Assembly (NCBI GenBank): GCA_045644045.1
Contig: JAZRGD010000117.1
Coordinates: forward strand, 3,586 to 67,585
Direction: 5' to 3'
DNA: 64,000 nucleotides
Source of the DNA: Eubacteriales bacterium
GTDB taxonomy: Bacteria; Bacillota; Clostridia; Oscillospirales; CAG-272
The notes beneath the pieces are model-generated. The model was not told the origin of the DNA. It was given only the letters and a program-made list of their open reading frames with translations, and searched no databases. Both the position numbers and the translations under genes were made by a program. Of the stretch, positions 46,761 through 55,980 are shown piece by piece; position 1 is the stretch's first letter, and every line of letters begins with the position of its first letter.

Positions 46761-47668
46761 GCTTTTTTGAAAAATTAAAAAATGGCCTTGTAAAGACCAA
46801 AAATGCCTTTTTTGGCAAGATCGATGACATCTTTAAGAGCTTTGTTCGTATCGATGAGGATTTTTTTGAGGAGCTGGAGGAGTTATTGATCTCTGCCGAC
46901 GTTGGTGTTGAGACGACGGAGTATATCTTGGATTCCTTGCGCGACCGTATCCGCGACACTCGCGAGAAGGATACGGAGAAGATCAAGGGCATGCTTTTTG
47001 AGATCTTAAAGGAGGCGATCGGAGAATCCGAGCCCCTTCGCCTCACCACCACGCCCTCGGTGCTTTTTGTGATCGGTGTAAACGGTGTGGGAAAAACCAC
47101 CTCCATCGGAAAGATCTCCGCCGTGCTGAAGCAGGAAGGGAAGAAGGTGGTAGTTGCCGCCGCAGATACCTTCCGTGCCGCCGCCGCGGAGCAATTACAG
47201 GTATGGTGTGACCGTGCGGGTGTGGATATTATCCGCCAAAATACGGGTGCGGACCCTGCCGCCGTCGTTTTCGATGCCATCAGCGCCGTGAAAAGCAGAA
47301 AGGGCGACGTGCTGATCGTGGATACGGCAGGCCGTCTGCATAACAAGAAAAACTTGATGGACGAGCTTGCGAAGATGAACCGCGTTATCGCTCGTGAATT
47401 ACCTGATGCCGACGTGGAGACACTTCTTGTGCTGGATGCGGCGACGGGGCAAAACGGTATCAGCCAAGCCAAGGAATTTATGACGGCTGCCAATATTACG
47501 GGCTTGATCTTGACCAAGCTTGACGGTACTGCCAAGGGAGGCGTTGTGCTTTCCATCAAGCGCGAGCTTGGCTTCCCTGTAAAATTCATCGGCGTTGGGG
47601 AGCAGATCGACGACATGAAGCCCTTTGACGCGGATGATTATATTTCCGCGCTGTTTGCCAATTCTTGA
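46757..47668 (+). CDS. ftsY: signal recognition particle receptor FtsY
   Basis: 303 aa. GVNGVGKTTSIGK, DTAGR and TKLDGTAKGG GTPase motifs. ATGA overlap with smc. Confidence 0.95.
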   Translation: MSFFEKLKNGLVKTKNAFFGKIDDIFKSFVRIDEDFFEELEELLISADVGVETTEYILDSLRDRIRDTREKDTEKIKGMLFEILKEAIGESEPLRLTTTPSVLFVIGVNGVGKTTSIGKISAVLKQEGKKVVVAAADTFRAAAAEQLQVWCDRAGVDIIRQNTGADPAAVVFDAISAVKSRKGDVLIVDTAGRLHNKKNLMDELAKMNRVIARELPDADVETLLVLDAATGQNGISQAKEFMTAANITGLILTKLDGTAKGGVVLSIKRELGFPVKFIGVGEQIDDMKPFDADDYISALFANS

Positions 47669-47683
47669 TTCTTATTATTACAA

Positions 47684-48316
47684 ATGCAGAAAGAGAACAC
47701 TATGCAACTCATCTTTGCCAGCAACAACCAAGGAAAAATCCGAGAGGTACAAGCGATCTTAAAGACCTGCGACGGCTTTGAGGACGTGACCGTTCTGTCC
47801 TTAAGGGACATTGGCTTTACGGAAGATATCGTAGAGGACGGCACTACCTTTGAGGAAAATGCCTTGATCAAGGCGCGTACCGTGGCTCGCCTCGGCTATA
47901 CCTGCATTGCCGATGATTCCGGACTTGAGGTAGATGCTTTGGACGGTGCTCCCGGCGTCTATTCCGCACGTTATTCAGGCGGGCACGGAAACGATGCCGA
48001 AAACAATCGCCTTGTTTTGAAAAATTTGGAAGGTGTCCCCGAAGAAAGAAGGACGGCGCGCTTTACTTGTGCCATCGCTTGTGCCACTCCCGACGGTACT
48101 TCCTTTACCGTCAGGGCCTCTTGCGAAGGAAGGATCCTTCATGCCGAGGAAGGGAATGGCGGATTTGGCTATGACCCTCTGTTTTACGTGGAGGAGTATG
48201 GCAAGACCTTGGCTTGCGTGACTCCCGCTGAAAAAAATGCCATCAGCCATCGCGGAAAGGCGCTTCGCCTCTTTGCGGAGCGGTGGCGCCGTAATTTGGA
48301 AAGGAGTAATCCATGA
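47684..48316 (+). CDS. rdgB: non-canonical purine NTP pyrophosphatase (RdgB/HAM1 family)
   Basis: IFASNNQGKIRE, DDSGLEVDAL and FGYDPLF motifs. The start may instead be the second ATG at 47702. Confidence 0.9.
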   Translation: MQKENTMQLIFASNNQGKIREVQAILKTCDGFEDVTVLSLRDIGFTEDIVEDGTTFEENALIKARTVARLGYTCIADDSGLEVDALDGAPGVYSARYSGGHGNDAENNRLVLKNLEGVPEERRTARFTCAIACATPDGTSFTVRASCEGRILHAEEGNGGFGYDPLFYVEEYGKTLACVTPAEKNAISHRGKALRLFAERWRRNLERSNP

Positions 48317-48603
48317 CGGGAAAGCAAAGAGCTTATTTACGCAGTCTCTCCAATTCTCTTGATGCCATCTTCCAGGTCGGGAAGGGTGGCATTACCGAGG
48401 AAATGTGTGAGCAGATCTCCAATTGTCTTGAAGCAAGAGAGCTGATCAAGCTACGCATTTTGGAGAACAGTGGCTATACTGCAAGAGAAGCGGCCGATGA
48501 AATCGCAGAAAAAACCGAGGCAGAAGTGATTTCGGTCGTGGGAAGCCGCTTTGTACTCTATAAGGAATCCGTTAAAAAGAAAAAGATCGAGCTTCCAAAA
48601 TAA
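48313..48603 (+). CDS. yhbY: ribosome assembly RNA-binding protein YhbY (CRM domain)
   Basis: 96 aa. LTGKQRAYLRSLSN...FQVGKGGIT pattern. ATGA overlap with rdgB. Confidence 0.85.
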   Translation: MTGKQRAYLRSLSNSLDAIFQVGKGGITEEMCEQISNCLEARELIKLRILENSGYTAREAADEIAEKTEAEVISVVGSRFVLYKESVKKKKIELPK

Positions 48604-48621
48604 AAGAAAGCGAGGAATGCT

Positions 48622-49239
48622 ATGGACACACGGTCTACTGTGCGTGTTGGCATATACGGCGGTACGTTTTCACCGCCTCACAACGGCCATTTGCACGCGG
48701 CAAAATGTTTTTTGGATCAAATGCATTTGGATTCTCTTATCGTGATCCCGGCAGGCATTCCCCCTCATAAAACGAGAACGGAGCAGACCTCCGACGGTGA
48801 TCGCTTAGCGCTTTGCCACGCAGCCTTTTCCTTTTCGGATAAGATAAGCGTATCCGATATGGAGATCATGCGCGAAGGGAAGAGCTACACTGCTGATACG
48901 CTTAGTATCCTGCAAAAAGAGGAACAGGAGCTTTTCTTGCTCTGCGGCACGGACATGCTTCTTACCCTTGATAAATGGTATGATCCCGCCCGTATTTTCC
49001 GTTTGGCACACATCGTCTATCTCACCCGCGAGGCAGACGAAGAGGTTCTGAACGAGATGAGAGCAAAGGCAGAGGAATATCGCCGTGTCTTTGGCGCTTC
49101 GGTATTCGAGCTTATCGTGTCTCCCGTTCCCATGTCCTCCTCTCAGGTACGCGCTCGCATAAAAGCAGGCGCGGAATGGCAGTCCGCCGTTCCCGAAGGG
49201 GTAGCCGAGATCATTCAAGAAAAGGGGCTTTATCTATGA
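48622..49239 (+). CDS. nadD: nicotinate-nucleotide adenylyltransferase
   Basis: 205 aa. GIYGGTFSPPHNGH (HxGH) and SSSQVR motifs. Confidence 0.9.
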   Translation: MDTRSTVRVGIYGGTFSPPHNGHLHAAKCFLDQMHLDSLIVIPAGIPPHKTRTEQTSDGDRLALCHAAFSFSDKISVSDMEIMREGKSYTADTLSILQKEEQELFLLCGTDMLLTLDKWYDPARIFRLAHIVYLTREADEEVLNEMRAKAEEYRRVFGASVFELIVSPVPMSSSQVRARIKAGAEWQSAVPEGVAEIIQEKGLYL

Positions 49240-49865
49240 TCACAGAGGAACGGCTTTCCTTACTCCGTGAGCAGATCAAAACGGAAATGAAGCCCTCACG
49301 CTATCAACATACACTGGGTGTAGAGCGCGAGATGCGCGCCTTGGCGCGCTTCTTTCTGCCCGAAATGGAGAAGGAAGCAGCCGCGGCCGGTCTTTTGCAC
49401 GACATTACCAAGGCTTGGTCAGAGGAGGAGCATTTGCGCTTCTGTAAGGAGCGCGGTCTGGAAGTGACGGAGGATGAGCGCCTTATTCCTGCACTGTTGC
49501 ACGCCAAGACGGCGGCGGCACTCATTCCCGAATTGTATCCCGATCTTGCCAAAGAAGCGATCTTGTCAGCCATTGCGAAGCATACCGCCGCGTCTCCCGT
49601 CATGTCTGTTTTTGATGCTTTGCTTTATATTGCGGATTACACGGAGGCGGGGCGGGAATATCCCTCTTGTCAAGCCCTGCGCCAAGCCCTTCACTTGGGA
49701 ATGGAACAGACCGTGGAGGAAGAAAAAGCCTTCTTTTTACGCCAAATTTTAATGAATACCTATGATGAATCTCTTGCCGCCTTGAAAAGGCTTGGCCGTA
49801 ACGTGGCAAACGTGACCGCCGAGGCAAGGGAAGCTCTTTTGCAAGATCCGCACTATTTTTCGTAA
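49236..49865 (+). CDS. yqeK: HD-domain bis(5'-nucleosyl)-tetraphosphatase YqeK
   Basis: RYQHTLGVE and LLHDITK HD motifs. ATGA overlap with nadD. The in-frame extension from 49176 is rejected. Confidence 0.85.
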   Translation: MITEERLSLLREQIKTEMKPSRYQHTLGVEREMRALARFFLPEMEKEAAAAGLLHDITKAWSEEEHLRFCKERGLEVTEDERLIPALLHAKTAAALIPELYPDLAKEAILSAIAKHTAASPVMSVFDALLYIADYTEAGREYPSCQALRQALHLGMEQTVEEEKAFFLRQILMNTYDESLAALKRLGRNVANVTAEAREALLQDPHYFS

Positions 49866-49920
49866 AACTTTCCACGCATATGAAGGGTATCACTTCGCAT
49901 AATAACCGCGAGGTGATACT

Positions 49921-50922
49921 ATGAAAAAAATTATGCTTTTCGTTTTTGCGGTAGCCCTTGCGGCATCGGTGCTGACGGGCGGCGTTTTTTACGCCGTTTG
50001 GCGTTATGACAAAAGCACGGCAAACGTCGTTGCCGCAGCCGAAGAAAGTAAGAACTATATTTTGGCAGGGCTCGATGAAGCAGGCGACAATACGGATATG
50101 CTGATGCTTGTTTCCGTGGGAGGCGAAAACGGTATTTCATTTATGCAAATCCCCCGTGATACTTATCTTCGAACGGAGGATAGGGCGGGGAAGATCAATC
50201 AACTTTTTCGGCATTGTTCCGCGCGGGGAGAGGCGTCATTTCTGACAGAGCTTTCCAAGGCTTTTTCCATTCCGCTTCACGGTTACGTTGTGTTTCGGTT
50301 GGAGACCGTTGCGGAAGCGGTTGACGTTTTGGGCGGTATCCCTATCACCCTGAGTGAGGATTTCATCTATACGAATGATGCTACGGGTGAAAAAATTGAG
50401 ATCAAAAAAGGGATGCAGCGTCTTGACGGACAGGCCGCTTGTCGGTATATCCGCCATCGCGCCTCCTATGCCGAGGGGGATTTGGGACGGCTTGACGCAC
50501 AAATGCGTTTCTTTTCCTCCGCTTTTACTGCTGTGGCAAAAATTAAGGATCCCCTTGCTTATATAAGACTTTACAGAAAAATTGCACCAAAGCTCTTGAC
50601 TAATCTTTCGGAAAGGGATATAATAACCCTTGCGACAGCCTTTATCAAGAATCGTAATGGCGAAGCCGTCCGTCTGATGCGCCTTCCGGGCGAAGCAACG
50701 CGCGGCGATAGCGGTAGCTGGTATTACGTGGCCAATCGCAAAGAAGCGGAGTGCCTGCTTCGCGAATATTTCTGCCGTGACAAGGCTTATCGGTTTGATG
50801 AAAAACAAGCCTTTACCAGAACCGACAGAGAAAATTTCATGAATATTTATAATGATTCGGCTTGTAAAAGAAGGGTATATACCTTGGCAGAAGCCGCTAA
50901 TATTAAAATTATCAAAAAATAG
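49921..50922 (+). CDS. LytR-CpsA-Psr (LCP) family protein
   Basis: 333 aa. N-terminal TM anchor, then NYILAGLDEAGDNTDMLMLVSV and MQIPRDTYL LCP motifs. Confidence 0.8.
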   Translation: MKKIMLFVFAVALAASVLTGGVFYAVWRYDKSTANVVAAAEESKNYILAGLDEAGDNTDMLMLVSVGGENGISFMQIPRDTYLRTEDRAGKINQLFRHCSARGEASFLTELSKAFSIPLHGYVVFRLETVAEAVDVLGGIPITLSEDFIYTNDATGEKIEIKKGMQRLDGQAACRYIRHRASYAEGDLGRLDAQMRFFSSAFTAVAKIKDPLAYIRLYRKIAPKLLTNLSERDIITLATAFIKNRNGEAVRLMRLPGEATRGDSGSWYYVANRKEAECLLREYFCRDKAYRFDEKQAFTRTDRENFMNIYNDSACKRRVYTLAEAANIKIIKK

Positions 50923-50943
50923 AAAAAGAAAGGAGTTCCGCAC

Positions 50944-51369
50944 GTGGACAATCCGAAGTCAACCCAAGAGCTCACGTTCTCACCCTCTATCGACGTTGCG
51001 AGGCGTGCTGTCCGCATACTTTTGAAGAAGCTTGCCAAGGACGTGAAGCTGATCTATGTCAGGGAAAGCACCGTTTTAGCCGACTATTACGTTGTAGCGA
51101 CAGGTCGCTCACCCAACCACCTACGCGCCTTGGCGCGTGACACCGAGGACGAGATGGCGCTATGCGGCATTCCTATGAGAAATATTGAGGGTGCCGACGG
51201 CGGCGAGTGGGTGCTGGTGGATTTCGGTGACGTGATCCTACACCTGTTTGGCAGAGAAGCGAGAGAGTTTTATCGCTTTGAACGGCTGTTTGATGAAAAG
51301 AACTTTTTATCCTACGACGACGTCACAGCCGAGCTTGATAAAGAAATGTCTGTAACAACCAACGATTGA
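50944..51369 (+). CDS. rsfS: ribosome silencing factor RsfS
   Basis: 141 aa with a GTG start 8 nt after AAAGGAG. LADYYVVATGRSPNHLRALA and WVLVDFGDVILHLF motifs. Confidence 0.85.
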   Translation: MDNPKSTQELTFSPSIDVARRAVRILLKKLAKDVKLIYVRESTVLADYYVVATGRSPNHLRALARDTEDEMALCGIPMRNIEGADGGEWVLVDFGDVILHLFGREAREFYRFERLFDEKNFLSYDDVTAELDKEMSVTTND

Positions 51370-51394
51370 ATCATAAATTTAAGGAAGAACGAAC

Positions 51395-53800
51395 ATGAAG
51401 TACGATTTTAGCGCGATTGAAAGTAAATGGCAAAAAAAATGGGAGGACGGTCACGTTTTTGAGGCCGCCGACGACTTTGAAAAAAAGAAGTTCTACGCTC
51501 TCGTAGAGTTTCCCTATCCCAGTGGTGCCGGCATGCACGTGGGACACATCAAGGCATATTCCGGTATGGAGGTTATCTGCCGCAAAAAAAAAATGGAAGG
51601 GTACAACGTGCTTTCCCCCATCGGCTTTGCCGCCTACGGTCTGCCCACCGAAAACTATGCCATCAAAACGGGTATTCACCCCCGTCAGGTAACCGACAAC
51701 AACATCGCACGCTTTACCTCCCAGCTGAAGCGTGTGGGATTTTCCTTTGATTGGTCTCGCGTGATCGACACGACCACCGAGGACTACTACCGTTGGACTC
51801 AATGGATCTTTCTCAAGATGTTTGAGAACGGCCTCGCCTTCCGTGATACCACGCTGGTCAACTATTGTCCCAGCTGTAAGGTAGTGCTTTCCAACGAGGA
51901 CTCTCAGGGTGGCAAGTGCGATATTTGTCACAATGACATCGTACAGAAGACTAAGGACGTTTGGTATCTGCGCATTACAGAATACGCCGACAAGCTTCTT
52001 GAAGGCCTTGAAAAGGTAGATTATTTGCCCAACGTCAAGCTGCAGCAGAAGAATTGGATCGGCAAATCCAAGGGTGCCTTCGTCAACTTCTCCTTGAAGG
52101 ATCTGGACGAAAAGCTCCGTATTTACACCACCCGTCCCGACACCCTCTTTGGTGTGACCTTTATGGTCATGGCACCCGAGCATCCTCTGCTTGAAAAGTA
52201 TAGCGGCCGTATCTCCAATTATGCGGACGTTGAGGCTTACAAGGAGGAGTGCACCAAAAAGACCGAGTTTGAAAGAACACAGCTGGTGAAGGATAAGACG
52301 GGTGTTCGCATTGAAGGTCTTACCGCCGTCAACCCCGTAAGCGGCAAGGAGATCCCCATCTACATTTCCGACTACGTCATGATGGGCTACGGCACCGGTG
52401 CCATTATGGCAGTACCTGCTCACGACGAGAGAGACTATGACTTCGCTAAAAAATTCGGCATTGATATTATCCCTGTCATCAAGGGCGGTGATATGGACAC
52501 CGGTGCATATACCGGCGACGGCGAAATGATCAACTCCGATTTTCTCAACGGTCTCACCAACAAGCAGGATTCTATCGCTCGCATGATCGCTCATCTTGAA
52601 GAGAAGAGTATCGGCGAGGGTGGCGTACAGTACAAGATGAAGGACTGGGCCTTCAACCGCCAGAGATACTGGGGTGAGCCTATTCCCATCGTGCATTGCG
52701 CGAAATGCGGTATGGTAGCCGTTCCTTACGAGGAGCTGCCTCTCCGCTTGCCTCCCATGAAGGATTTCCGTCCCGGCGAGGGAGGCGAGAGCCCCTTGGC
52801 ATCTCTGCCCGAATACGTAAACTGCAAATGCCCGAAATGCGGCGGTGACGCAAAGAGAGAGACCGATACCATGCCCCAATGGGCAGGCTCCTCCTGGTAT
52901 TTCCTGCGCTATATCGATCCTCACAACACCGTTGCGCTGGCAGATAGCGACAAGCTGAAATATTGGCTTCCCGTTGACTGGTACAACGGCGGCATGGAGC
53001 ACGTGACCCGTCACCTGATCTATTCTCGCTTCTGGCATAAGTTCCTCTACGACATCGGTGTAGTTCCTTGCGACGAGCCTTACGCCAAGAGAACCGCACA
53101 AGGCCTTATCCTTGGTCCGGACGGTGAGAAAATGTCCAAGTCACGCGGCAACGTGGTTGACCCCAATGCCGTAGTAGATGAGTTTGGTGCCGACGTTTTG
53201 CGTCTGTACATTCTCTTTATGGGCGACTATGAAAAATCCGCACCTTGGTCCGAAAACAGTGTAAAGGGATGCAAGCGGTTCCTTGACCGTATCGCAGGCT
53301 TGACCGAAATGGTAAGCGGCAAGGGCGAGAACGAAAAGCTGACCTCGGCAACGCATAAGACCATCAAGAAGGTCACCTCCGATATCGATAACATGAAGTT
53401 CAACACCGCTATCGCTACCATGATGGCCTATGTGAATGAGGTATATGAGGTCGGAAGCATCACGCGTGACGAGCTCTCCGCCTTCGTACGCCTGCTGTCC
53501 CCCTTTGCTCCTCACCTGGCAGAGGAGATCTGGAGCGAGACCTTAGGCGAAAACGGCTTTTGCGCAAAAGCACCTTGGCCCTCTTACGATGAGGCAAAGA
53601 CGGTGGACTCTACCGTAGAAATGGCCGTACAGATCAATGGCAAGCTGCGTGCGACCGTCAGCGTTCCCATGAACGCCGACAAGGATACCGTCAAGGCGGC
53701 CGCTATGGCCGAGGAGCGTGTTTCCTCGCAGGTAGAGGGCAAGACGGTGGTCAAGGAGATCTTAGTTCCCAATAAGATCTACAATATCGTCGTAAAATAA
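51395..53800 (+). CDS. leuS: leucine--tRNA ligase
   Basis: 801 aa. PYPSGAGMHVGH (HIGH-type), KMSKSRGN, and CP1 editing-domain motifs. Confidence 0.95.
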   Translation: MKYDFSAIESKWQKKWEDGHVFEAADDFEKKKFYALVEFPYPSGAGMHVGHIKAYSGMEVICRKKKMEGYNVLSPIGFAAYGLPTENYAIKTGIHPRQVTDNNIARFTSQLKRVGFSFDWSRVIDTTTEDYYRWTQWIFLKMFENGLAFRDTTLVNYCPSCKVVLSNEDSQGGKCDICHNDIVQKTKDVWYLRITEYADKLLEGLEKVDYLPNVKLQQKNWIGKSKGAFVNFSLKDLDEKLRIYTTRPDTLFGVTFMVMAPEHPLLEKYSGRISNYADVEAYKEECTKKTEFERTQLVKDKTGVRIEGLTAVNPVSGKEIPIYISDYVMMGYGTGAIMAVPAHDERDYDFAKKFGIDIIPVIKGGDMDTGAYTGDGEMINSDFLNGLTNKQDSIARMIAHLEEKSIGEGGVQYKMKDWAFNRQRYWGEPIPIVHCAKCGMVAVPYEELPLRLPPMKDFRPGEGGESPLASLPEYVNCKCPKCGGDAKRETDTMPQWAGSSWYFLRYIDPHNTVALADSDKLKYWLPVDWYNGGMEHVTRHLIYSRFWHKFLYDIGVVPCDEPYAKRTAQGLILGPDGEKMSKSRGNVVDPNAVVDEFGADVLRLYILFMGDYEKSAPWSENSVKGCKRFLDRIAGLTEMVSGKGENEKLTSATHKTIKKVTSDIDNMKFNTAIATMMAYVNEVYEVGSITRDELSAFVRLLSPFAPHLAEEIWSETLGENGFCAKAPWPSYDEAKTVDSTVEMAVQINGKLRATVSVPMNADKDTVKAAAMAEERVSSQVEGKTVVKEILVPNKIYNIVVK

Positions 53801-53807
53801 ACCATTT

Positions 53808-53841
53808 AAGAGCCCGTAAACGTACTTTGCGGGCTCTTTTA
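53808..53841 (+). terminator. intrinsic terminator after leuS
   Basis: AAGAGCCCG-loop-CGGGCTCTT hairpin followed by TT. Confidence 0.7.
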
Positions 53842-53883
53842 CTTATATTTTTCCATTTTTTCGTATTTTTTTAATTTTTTCTA

Positions 53884-53912
53884 TTGACAAATGAGAATAT
53901 TCGTGATAAAAT
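53884..53912 (+). promoter_or_regulatory. sigma-A promoter of the rplU-prp-rpmA operon
   Basis: TTGACA (53884-53889), 17-nt spacer, TGa-TAAAAT (-10 at 53907-53912). AT-rich UP-like tract upstream. Confidence 0.7.
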
Positions 53913-53918
53913 AATATG

Positions 53919-53996
53919 ACGCTTATGGGCAGGCTTAAAGTATGGCGTTGTCATCGCCTGTCATAGCGATTTTTGAAAGAAAGCGAGGTGCTTTTC
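53919..53996 (+). promoter_or_regulatory. candidate rplU 5' leader (L21-leader-like)
   Basis: About 80-nt leader with an ATGACGC...GCGTTGTCAT pairing and a short ATCGC-loop-GCGAT hairpin followed by TTTTT. Firmicutes have an L21 leader at this position. Not verified by a covariance model. Confidence 0.3.
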
Positions 53997-54305
53997 GTGT
54001 TCGCAGTTATTGAAACGGGTGGAAAGCAGTACAAGGTCAGCGAAGGTGACGTGATCTTCGTTGAGAAGCTGGGCGTTGAAGATGGCGCGGAGTATACCTT
54101 TGACAAGGTTCTGGCTATCGGCGGCGAGAGCTTCGTAGCAGGCGCTCCTTACGTTGAGGGCGCAACCGTTACCGCAACGGTAGTGAAGTCCGGTCGTGGC
54201 AAGAAGATCTACGTTCTGAAGTACAAGGCAAAGAAGAACGAGAAGAAGAAGATCGGTCACAGACAGGATTACACGAAGGTTCAGATCAACAAGATCGTAG
54301 GTTGA
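53997..54305 (+). CDS. rplU: 50S ribosomal protein L21
   Basis: (M)[24 protein letters not shown]. The GTG start at 53997 lies 8 nt after GAGG and gives about 102 aa. The ORF-track TTG start at 53973 is less likely. Confidence 0.9.
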   Translation: MFAVIETGGKQYKVSEGDVIFVEKLGVEDGAEYTFDKVLAIGGESFVAGAPYVEGATVTATVVKSGRGKKIYVLKYKAKKNEKKKIGHRQDYTKVQINKIVG

Positions 54306-54308
54306 TCC

Positions 54309-54668
54309 ATGACACGCATTACCTTTTACAAGTCCGGTGACGTCTTTTACGGATACGAGGAGACGGGGCACGCAGGCTTCGCTGAGGAAGGCGAGGACAT
54401 CGTTTGTGCGGCAATATCCGCTATGACGATGCTTGTGATCAATGCCATCGAGGTGGTTTACGCTTCGGGTGTTGATTACACCATTGACGACAAAAGCGCA
54501 ACTGTGTTTTTGATCGCGCGCGGTGCTTTGTCTGCATTCGAAAAGGACGAAAAAAAGCGTTTTGCCGTTGCCGGTCTCATCAAAGCATTTTATTTGCAGC
54601 TTTTAGACCTGGCGGAAGAGTATTACGATTATCTCTCCGTTGACGTGGTTGAAAAGGCATGTAAGTAA
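54309..54668 (+). CDS. prp: ribosomal-processing cysteine protease Prp
   Basis: 119 aa. ETGHAGF...[12 protein letters not shown] (His/Cys dyad region). Located between rplU and rpmA. Confidence 0.85.
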   Translation: MTRITFYKSGDVFYGYEETGHAGFAEEGEDIVCAAISAMTMLVINAIEVVYASGVDYTIDDKSATVFLIARGALSAFEKDEKKRFAVAGLIKAFYLQLLDLAEEYYDYLSVDVVEKACK

Positions 54669-54695
54669 GCACTAAAAAATACGGAGGTAACAACC

Positions 54696-54974
54696 ATGCT
54701 TAAACTGGGTTTACAGTTCTTTGCACATAAAAAAGGTGTAGGTTCTACCAAGAACGGTCGTGACAGCGAATCCAAGCGCTTGGGCGTCAAGAAGTCTGAC
54801 GGCTCCAAGGTCATCGCCGGCAACATCATTGTTAGACAGCGCGGCACCAAGATCCATCCCGGCAAGAATGTCGGTCTGGGCTCTGATGACACTTTGTTCG
54901 CATTGGTAGACGGAAGAGTAAAATTTGAATACTTTGCCAAGGGCAAGAAGTGCGTTAGCGTATACGCTGACTAA
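54696..54974 (+). CDS. rpmA: 50S ribosomal protein L27 (with Prp-cleaved N-terminal extension)
   Basis: [32 protein letters not shown]. The 9-residue propeptide ending in FF matches the Firmicute Prp cleavage motif. Confidence 0.95.
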   Translation: MLKLGLQFFAHKKGVGSTKNGRDSESKRLGVKKSDGSKVIAGNIIVRQRGTKIHPGKNVGLGSDDTLFALVDGRVKFEYFAKGKKCVSVYAD

Positions 54975-54980
54975 ACAAGC

Positions 54981-55012
54981 AAAAAAAGAGTGGATTTTTC
55001 ACTCTTTTTTTG
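54981..55012 (+). terminator. intrinsic terminator after rpmA
   Basis: AAAAAAAGAGTG-GATTTTT-CACTCTTTTTTT hairpin. Confidence 0.8.
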
Positions 55013-55061
55013 TCATTTTGGAATTCATTGCAAAAAATCAACAAGCGAAAGGAGCATTACT

Positions 55062-55970
55062 ATGACATTGGTAGTTTTAGCCGCCGGTATGGGGTCTCGT
55101 TATGGCGGTCTCAAGCAGATTGACCCCGTAGGTCCTAGCGGTGAATTTATTATTGACTATTCTATTTACGATGCTGTACGAGCGGGATTTGACAAGGTGG
55201 TTTTCGTGATCAAAAGAGAAAACTATGAGGTGTTCCGTTCCACCATCGGCTCCCGCATTGAAAACGTGGTCGCTGTGGACTACGCCTTCCAAGAGGCAGA
55301 TGCCGCTACCGCGGCAATTTTGCCTCCCGATCGCGTGAAGCCTCTCGGAACCGCGCATGCGCTTCTTTGCACACGACCTTACGTGAAGGGGCCTTTTGCT
55401 GTCATAAATTCCGATGATTATTATGGGGCAGAAGCATATCAGCTTGCCGCTGACTACTTAAAGCAGGCAAACGGTGAGGACGACTGCCATTTCTGCATGG
55501 TGGGCTACCGTCTCGCCAACACCTTGACCGAGTACGGTACTGTTTCTCGCGGCATCTGTGTATCGGATGAAAACGGCTTTTTGCAGTCTGTCACCGAACG
55601 CACCAAGATCCGCAAGCAGGGCGAAAACGACGCGGCCTATTTAGAAGGAGATGAATGGATCGACCTTTCGGGTGAGTCTATTGCTTCCATGAACTTCTTT
55701 GGCTTTACCGATAAGATATTCGATTATGCTGAAAAGGGAATGGCTGCTTTTTTGAAAGACCCCGCTACCGACCTGATGAAGGGAGAATATTATCTCCCTA
55801 CCGTAGCGAGTCAGTCTATTGAGAGCGGCGATTGCGACCTGAAGATCCTTCCTACGAAGGACTTGTGGTTTGGCGTTACCTATAAAGAGGACCGCCCCGC
55901 TGTTGTAGAATGCTTTAAAAAATTGACCGAAACGGGTGTATATCCCAAAAACGGTCTGTGGAATGCATAA
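55062..55970 (+). CDS. sugar-phosphate nucleotidyltransferase family protein
   Basis: [25 protein letters not shown] (GxGxR NTP-transferase signature). AAAGGAG RBS. The upstream extension from 54990 overlaps the terminator and is rejected. Confidence 0.7.
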   Translation: MTLVVLAAGMGSRYGGLKQIDPVGPSGEFIIDYSIYDAVRAGFDKVVFVIKRENYEVFRSTIGSRIENVVAVDYAFQEADAATAAILPPDRVKPLGTAHALLCTRPYVKGPFAVINSDDYYGAEAYQLAADYLKQANGEDDCHFCMVGYRLANTLTEYGTVSRGICVSDENGFLQSVTERTKIRKQGENDAAYLEGDEWIDLSGESIASMNFFGFTDKIFDYAEKGMAAFLKDPATDLMKGEYYLPTVASQSIESGDCDLKILPTKDLWFGVTYKEDRPAVVECFKKLTETGVYPKNGLWNA

Positions 55971-55980
55971 GGAGAACACC

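Noticed and set aside
51371-53101. Very long antisense ORFs opposite well-identified genes. Examples: 576 aa opposite leuS; 511 aa (37569-39104) opposite topA; 304 aa (8586-9500) opposite ackA; 312 aa (18821-19759) opposite parC; 308 aa (20528-21454) opposite the SBP gene; 287 aa (46753-47616) opposite ftsY; 257 aa (32048-32821) opposite lon; and 217 aa (43752-44405) and 184 aa (45381-45935) opposite smc.
   Set aside because: The sense-strand genes carry unmistakable family motifs. The antisense translations are low-complexity (G/R/L/V/H-rich), lack RBSs, and are explained by stop-codon depletion in the mirror frame of codon-biased genes.
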